Assembly: GCA_964016885.1 (NCBI GenBank)
Contig: OZ024742.1
Coordinates: forward strand, 201,686,001 to 201,750,000
Source of the DNA: Eledone cirrhosa
Lineage: Eukaryota
Length of the DNA: 64,000 bases
Reading direction: 5' to 3'
Program-made: the position numbers and the translations under genes
Shown here: piece after piece, positions 60,401 to 64,000 of the stretch
How the letters are laid out: every line of letters starts with the position of its first letter
Position numbering within the stretch: the first letter of the stretch is position 1
Notes under the pieces: model-generated
Databases searched by the model: none
Seen by the model: only the letters and a program-made list of their open reading frames with translations
Told to the model about the DNA's origin: nothing

Positions 60401-63400
60401 ACCACTTCAGTCACAACCACTACTATGACTACTACCACCACCACTACAGCCACATCCTCTACTATGACTACTACCATCACCACTACAGCCACAACCGCTA
60501 CTATGACTACTACCACCACCATTACAGCCACAACCACTACTATGACTACTACCACCACCACTACAGCTAGAACCACTACTATGACTACTACCACCACCAC
60601 TAGAGCTACATCCACTACTATGACTACTGTCACCAACACTGCAGCCACAACCATTACTATGACTACTACCACCACCACTACAGCCACAACCACTACTATG
60701 ACTACTACCACCACCACTACAGCCACAACCACTACTATGAGTACTAACACCACCACTGCAACCACAACCATTACTATGACTACTACCACCACCACTACAG
60801 CCACAGCAACTATTAAGACTACTACCACCACTACTGCAGCCACACCCATTACTATGACTACCATCACCACTACTGCCACAACCATTACTATGACTACTAC
60901 CACCACCACTACAGTCACAACCACTACTATGACTAGTACCACCACTACTACAGCCACAGCTACTACTAGGACTACTACCACCACCACTAGAGCTACAACC
61001 ACTACTATGACTACTACCACCACCACTACAGCCACAACCACTACTATGACTACTACCACCACTACTACAGCCACAACCACTACTATGACTACTTCCACCA
61101 CCAATACAGCCACAACCACTACTATGACTACTACCACCACCACTACAGCCACAACCACTACTATGACTACTACCACCACCACTACAGCCACAACCACTAC
61201 TATGACTACTACCACCACCACTACAGCCACAACCACTACTATGATTACTACCACCACCACTACAGCCACAACCACTACAATGAATATTACCACCAACACT
61301 GCACCCACAACCATTAGTATGACTACTACCACCACCACTACAGCCACAACCACTACTATGACTACTACCACCACCACTACAGCCACAACCACTACTATGA
61401 CTACTACCACCACAACTACAGCCACAACCACTACTATGACTACTACCACCACCACTAGAGCTACACCCACTACTATGACTTACCACCACCACTACAGCCA
61501 CAACCATTAATATGACTACTACCACCACCACTACAGCCACAACCACTACTATGACTACTACCACCACCACTACAGCCACAACCACTACTATGACTACTAC
61601 CACCACCACTACAGCCACAACCATTACTATGACTACTACCACCAACACTACAGCCACAACCACTACTATAACTACTAACACCACCTCTACAGCCACAACC
61701 ATTACTATGACTACTACCACCACCACCACTACAGCCACAACCACTACTATGACTACTACCACCACCACTACAGCCACAACCACTACTATGACTACTACCA
61801 CCACCACTACAGCCACAACCACTACTATGACTACTACCACCACCACTTCAGTCACAACCACTACTATGACTACTACCACCACCACTACAGCCACATCCTC
61901 TACTATGACTACTACCACCACCACTACAGCCACAACCATTACTATGACTACTACCATCACCACTACAGCCACAACCGCTACTATGACTACTACCACCACC
62001 ATTACACCCACAACCACTACTATGACTACTACCACCACCACTACAGCTAGAACCACTACTATGACTACTACCACCACCACTAGAGGTACATCCACTACTA
62101 TGACTACTGTCACCAACACTGCAGCCACAACCATTACTATGACTACTACCACCACCACTACAGCCACAGCAACTATTAAGACTACTACCACCACTACTGC
62201 AGCCACAACCATTACTATGACTACCATCACCACTACTGCCCCAACCATTACTATGACTACTACCACCACCACTACAGTCACAACCACTACTATGACTAGT
62301 ACCACCACTATTACAGCCACAGCTACTACTATGACTACTACCACCACCACTAGAGCTACAACCACTACTATGACTACTACCACCACCACTACAGCCACAA
62401 CCACTACTATGACTACTACCACCACTACTACAGCCACAACCACTACTATGACTACTTCCACCACCAATACAGCCACAACCACAACTATGACTACTACCAC
62501 CACCACTACAGCCACAACCACTACTATGACTACTACCACCACCACTACAGCCACAACCACTACTATGACTACTACCACCACCACTACAGCCACAACCACT
62601 ACTATGACTACTACCACCACCACTACAGCCACAACCACTACAATGAATATTACCACCAACACTGCACCCACAACCATTAGTATGACTACTACCACCACCA
62701 CTACAGCCACAACCACTACTATGACTACTACCACCAGCACTACAGCCACAACCACTACTATGACTACTACCACCACAACTACAGCCACAACCACTACTAT
62801 GACTACTACCACCACCACTAGAGCTACACCCACTACTATGACTTACCACCACCACTACAGCCACAACCATTACTATGACTACTACCACCACCACTACAGC
62901 CACAACCACTACTATGACTACTACCACCACCACTACAGCCACAACCACTACTATGACTACTACCACCACCACTACAGCCACAACCATTACTATGACTACT
63001 ACCACCACCACTACAGCCATCACCATTACTATGACTACTACCACCACCACTACAGCCACAACCACTACTATGACTACTACCACCACCACTACAGCCACAA
63101 CCACTACTATGACTACTACCACCACCACTACAGCCACAACCACTACTATGACTACTACCACCACCACTACAGCCACAACCACTACTATGACTACTACCAC
63201 CACCACTACAGCCACAACCACTACTATGACTACTACCACCACCACTACAGCCACAACCATTACTATGACCACTACCACCACCACTACAGCCACAACCACT
63301 ACTATGACTACTACCACCAACACTGCAGCCACAATCATTACTATGACTAATACCACCACCACTACAGCCACAACCACAACTATGACTACTACCACCAACA

Positions 63401-64000
63401 CTGCAGCCACAACCATTACTATGACAACTACCACCACCACTACAGCCACAACCACTACTACATCTACTAACACCACCACTACAGCCACAACCACTACTAT
63501 GACTACTACCACCACCACTACAGCCACAACCACTACTATAATTACTACCACCAACTCTACAGCCACAACCACTACTATGTCTACTACCACCACCACTACA
63601 GCCACAACCACTACTATGACTACTACCACCACCATTACAGCCACAACCACTACTTTGACTGCTACCACCACCACTACAGCTACACCAATACTATGACTAC
63701 TACCACCACCACTAGAGCTACATCCACTACTATGACTACTACCACCACCACTACAGCTACAACCATTACTATGACTACTACCACCACAACTACAGCCACA
63801 ACCATTACTATGACAACTACCACCACCACTACAGCCTCAACCATTACTTTGACTACTACCCCTACTACTACAGCCACAACCATTACTATGACTACTACCA
63901 CCACCACTACAGCCACAACCATTACTTTGACTACTACCACCACCACTACAGCCACAATCACTACCATGATTTCTACCACCTCAACTACAGCCACAAACAT
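42497..64000 (+). repeat. Giant tandem array of a 39-bp unit (ATGACTACTACCACCACCACTACAGCCACAACCACTACT, reads MTTTTTTTATTTT) with higher-order duplications; continues past the window edge
   Basis: Unit visible throughout, with a degenerate left edge. Identical ORF pairs offset by 5212 bp (50777/55989, 51973/57185, 53409/58621). Confidence 0.95.

Noticed and set aside
50755-63674. Minus-strand Val-rich and Gly/Ser/Cys-rich ORFs resembling keratin-associated or metallothionein-like proteins, and His/Tyr-rich plus-strand ORFs
   Set aside because: They are alternative frames of the same 39-bp repeat and switch exactly at the array's indels.

Overview
AT-rich, microsatellite-saturated animal genomic DNA. 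The dominant tRNA/Nin-type SINE suggests an octopus-like cephalopod (inference). No host gene is convincingly present, and most listed ORFs are translations of simple repeats. Bases 1-42 kb are a mosaic of mobile elements: three Penelope-like retroelements (PLEs), including a near-complete 5.3-kb Naiad-like copy with pseudo-LTRs at 26276-31600; an RTE LINE fragment and RTE-derived non-autonomous copies; twelve copies of one SINE; a deleted Chapaev3-like transposon; and two MITEs. The most striking signal is a cluster of about a dozen type I hammerhead ribozyme (HHR) motifs between 22.5 and 35.7 kb. They lie in PLE termini, in a non-coding circularly permuted ~660/681-bp unit whose ribozyme stems covary between subfamilies, and in a 3 x 111-bp tandem HHR array. 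Several unrelated short inserts share a fold-back plus fixed-tail architecture inside (TA)n tracts. Together these point to a family of retrozyme-like RNAs mobilised by PLEs and targeted to (TA)n. From about 42.5 kb to the window end lies a >21-kb 39-bp tandem array that reads as poly-Thr, with a 5212-bp higher-order duplication and replicated frameshifts. All folding and alignment was done by eye.
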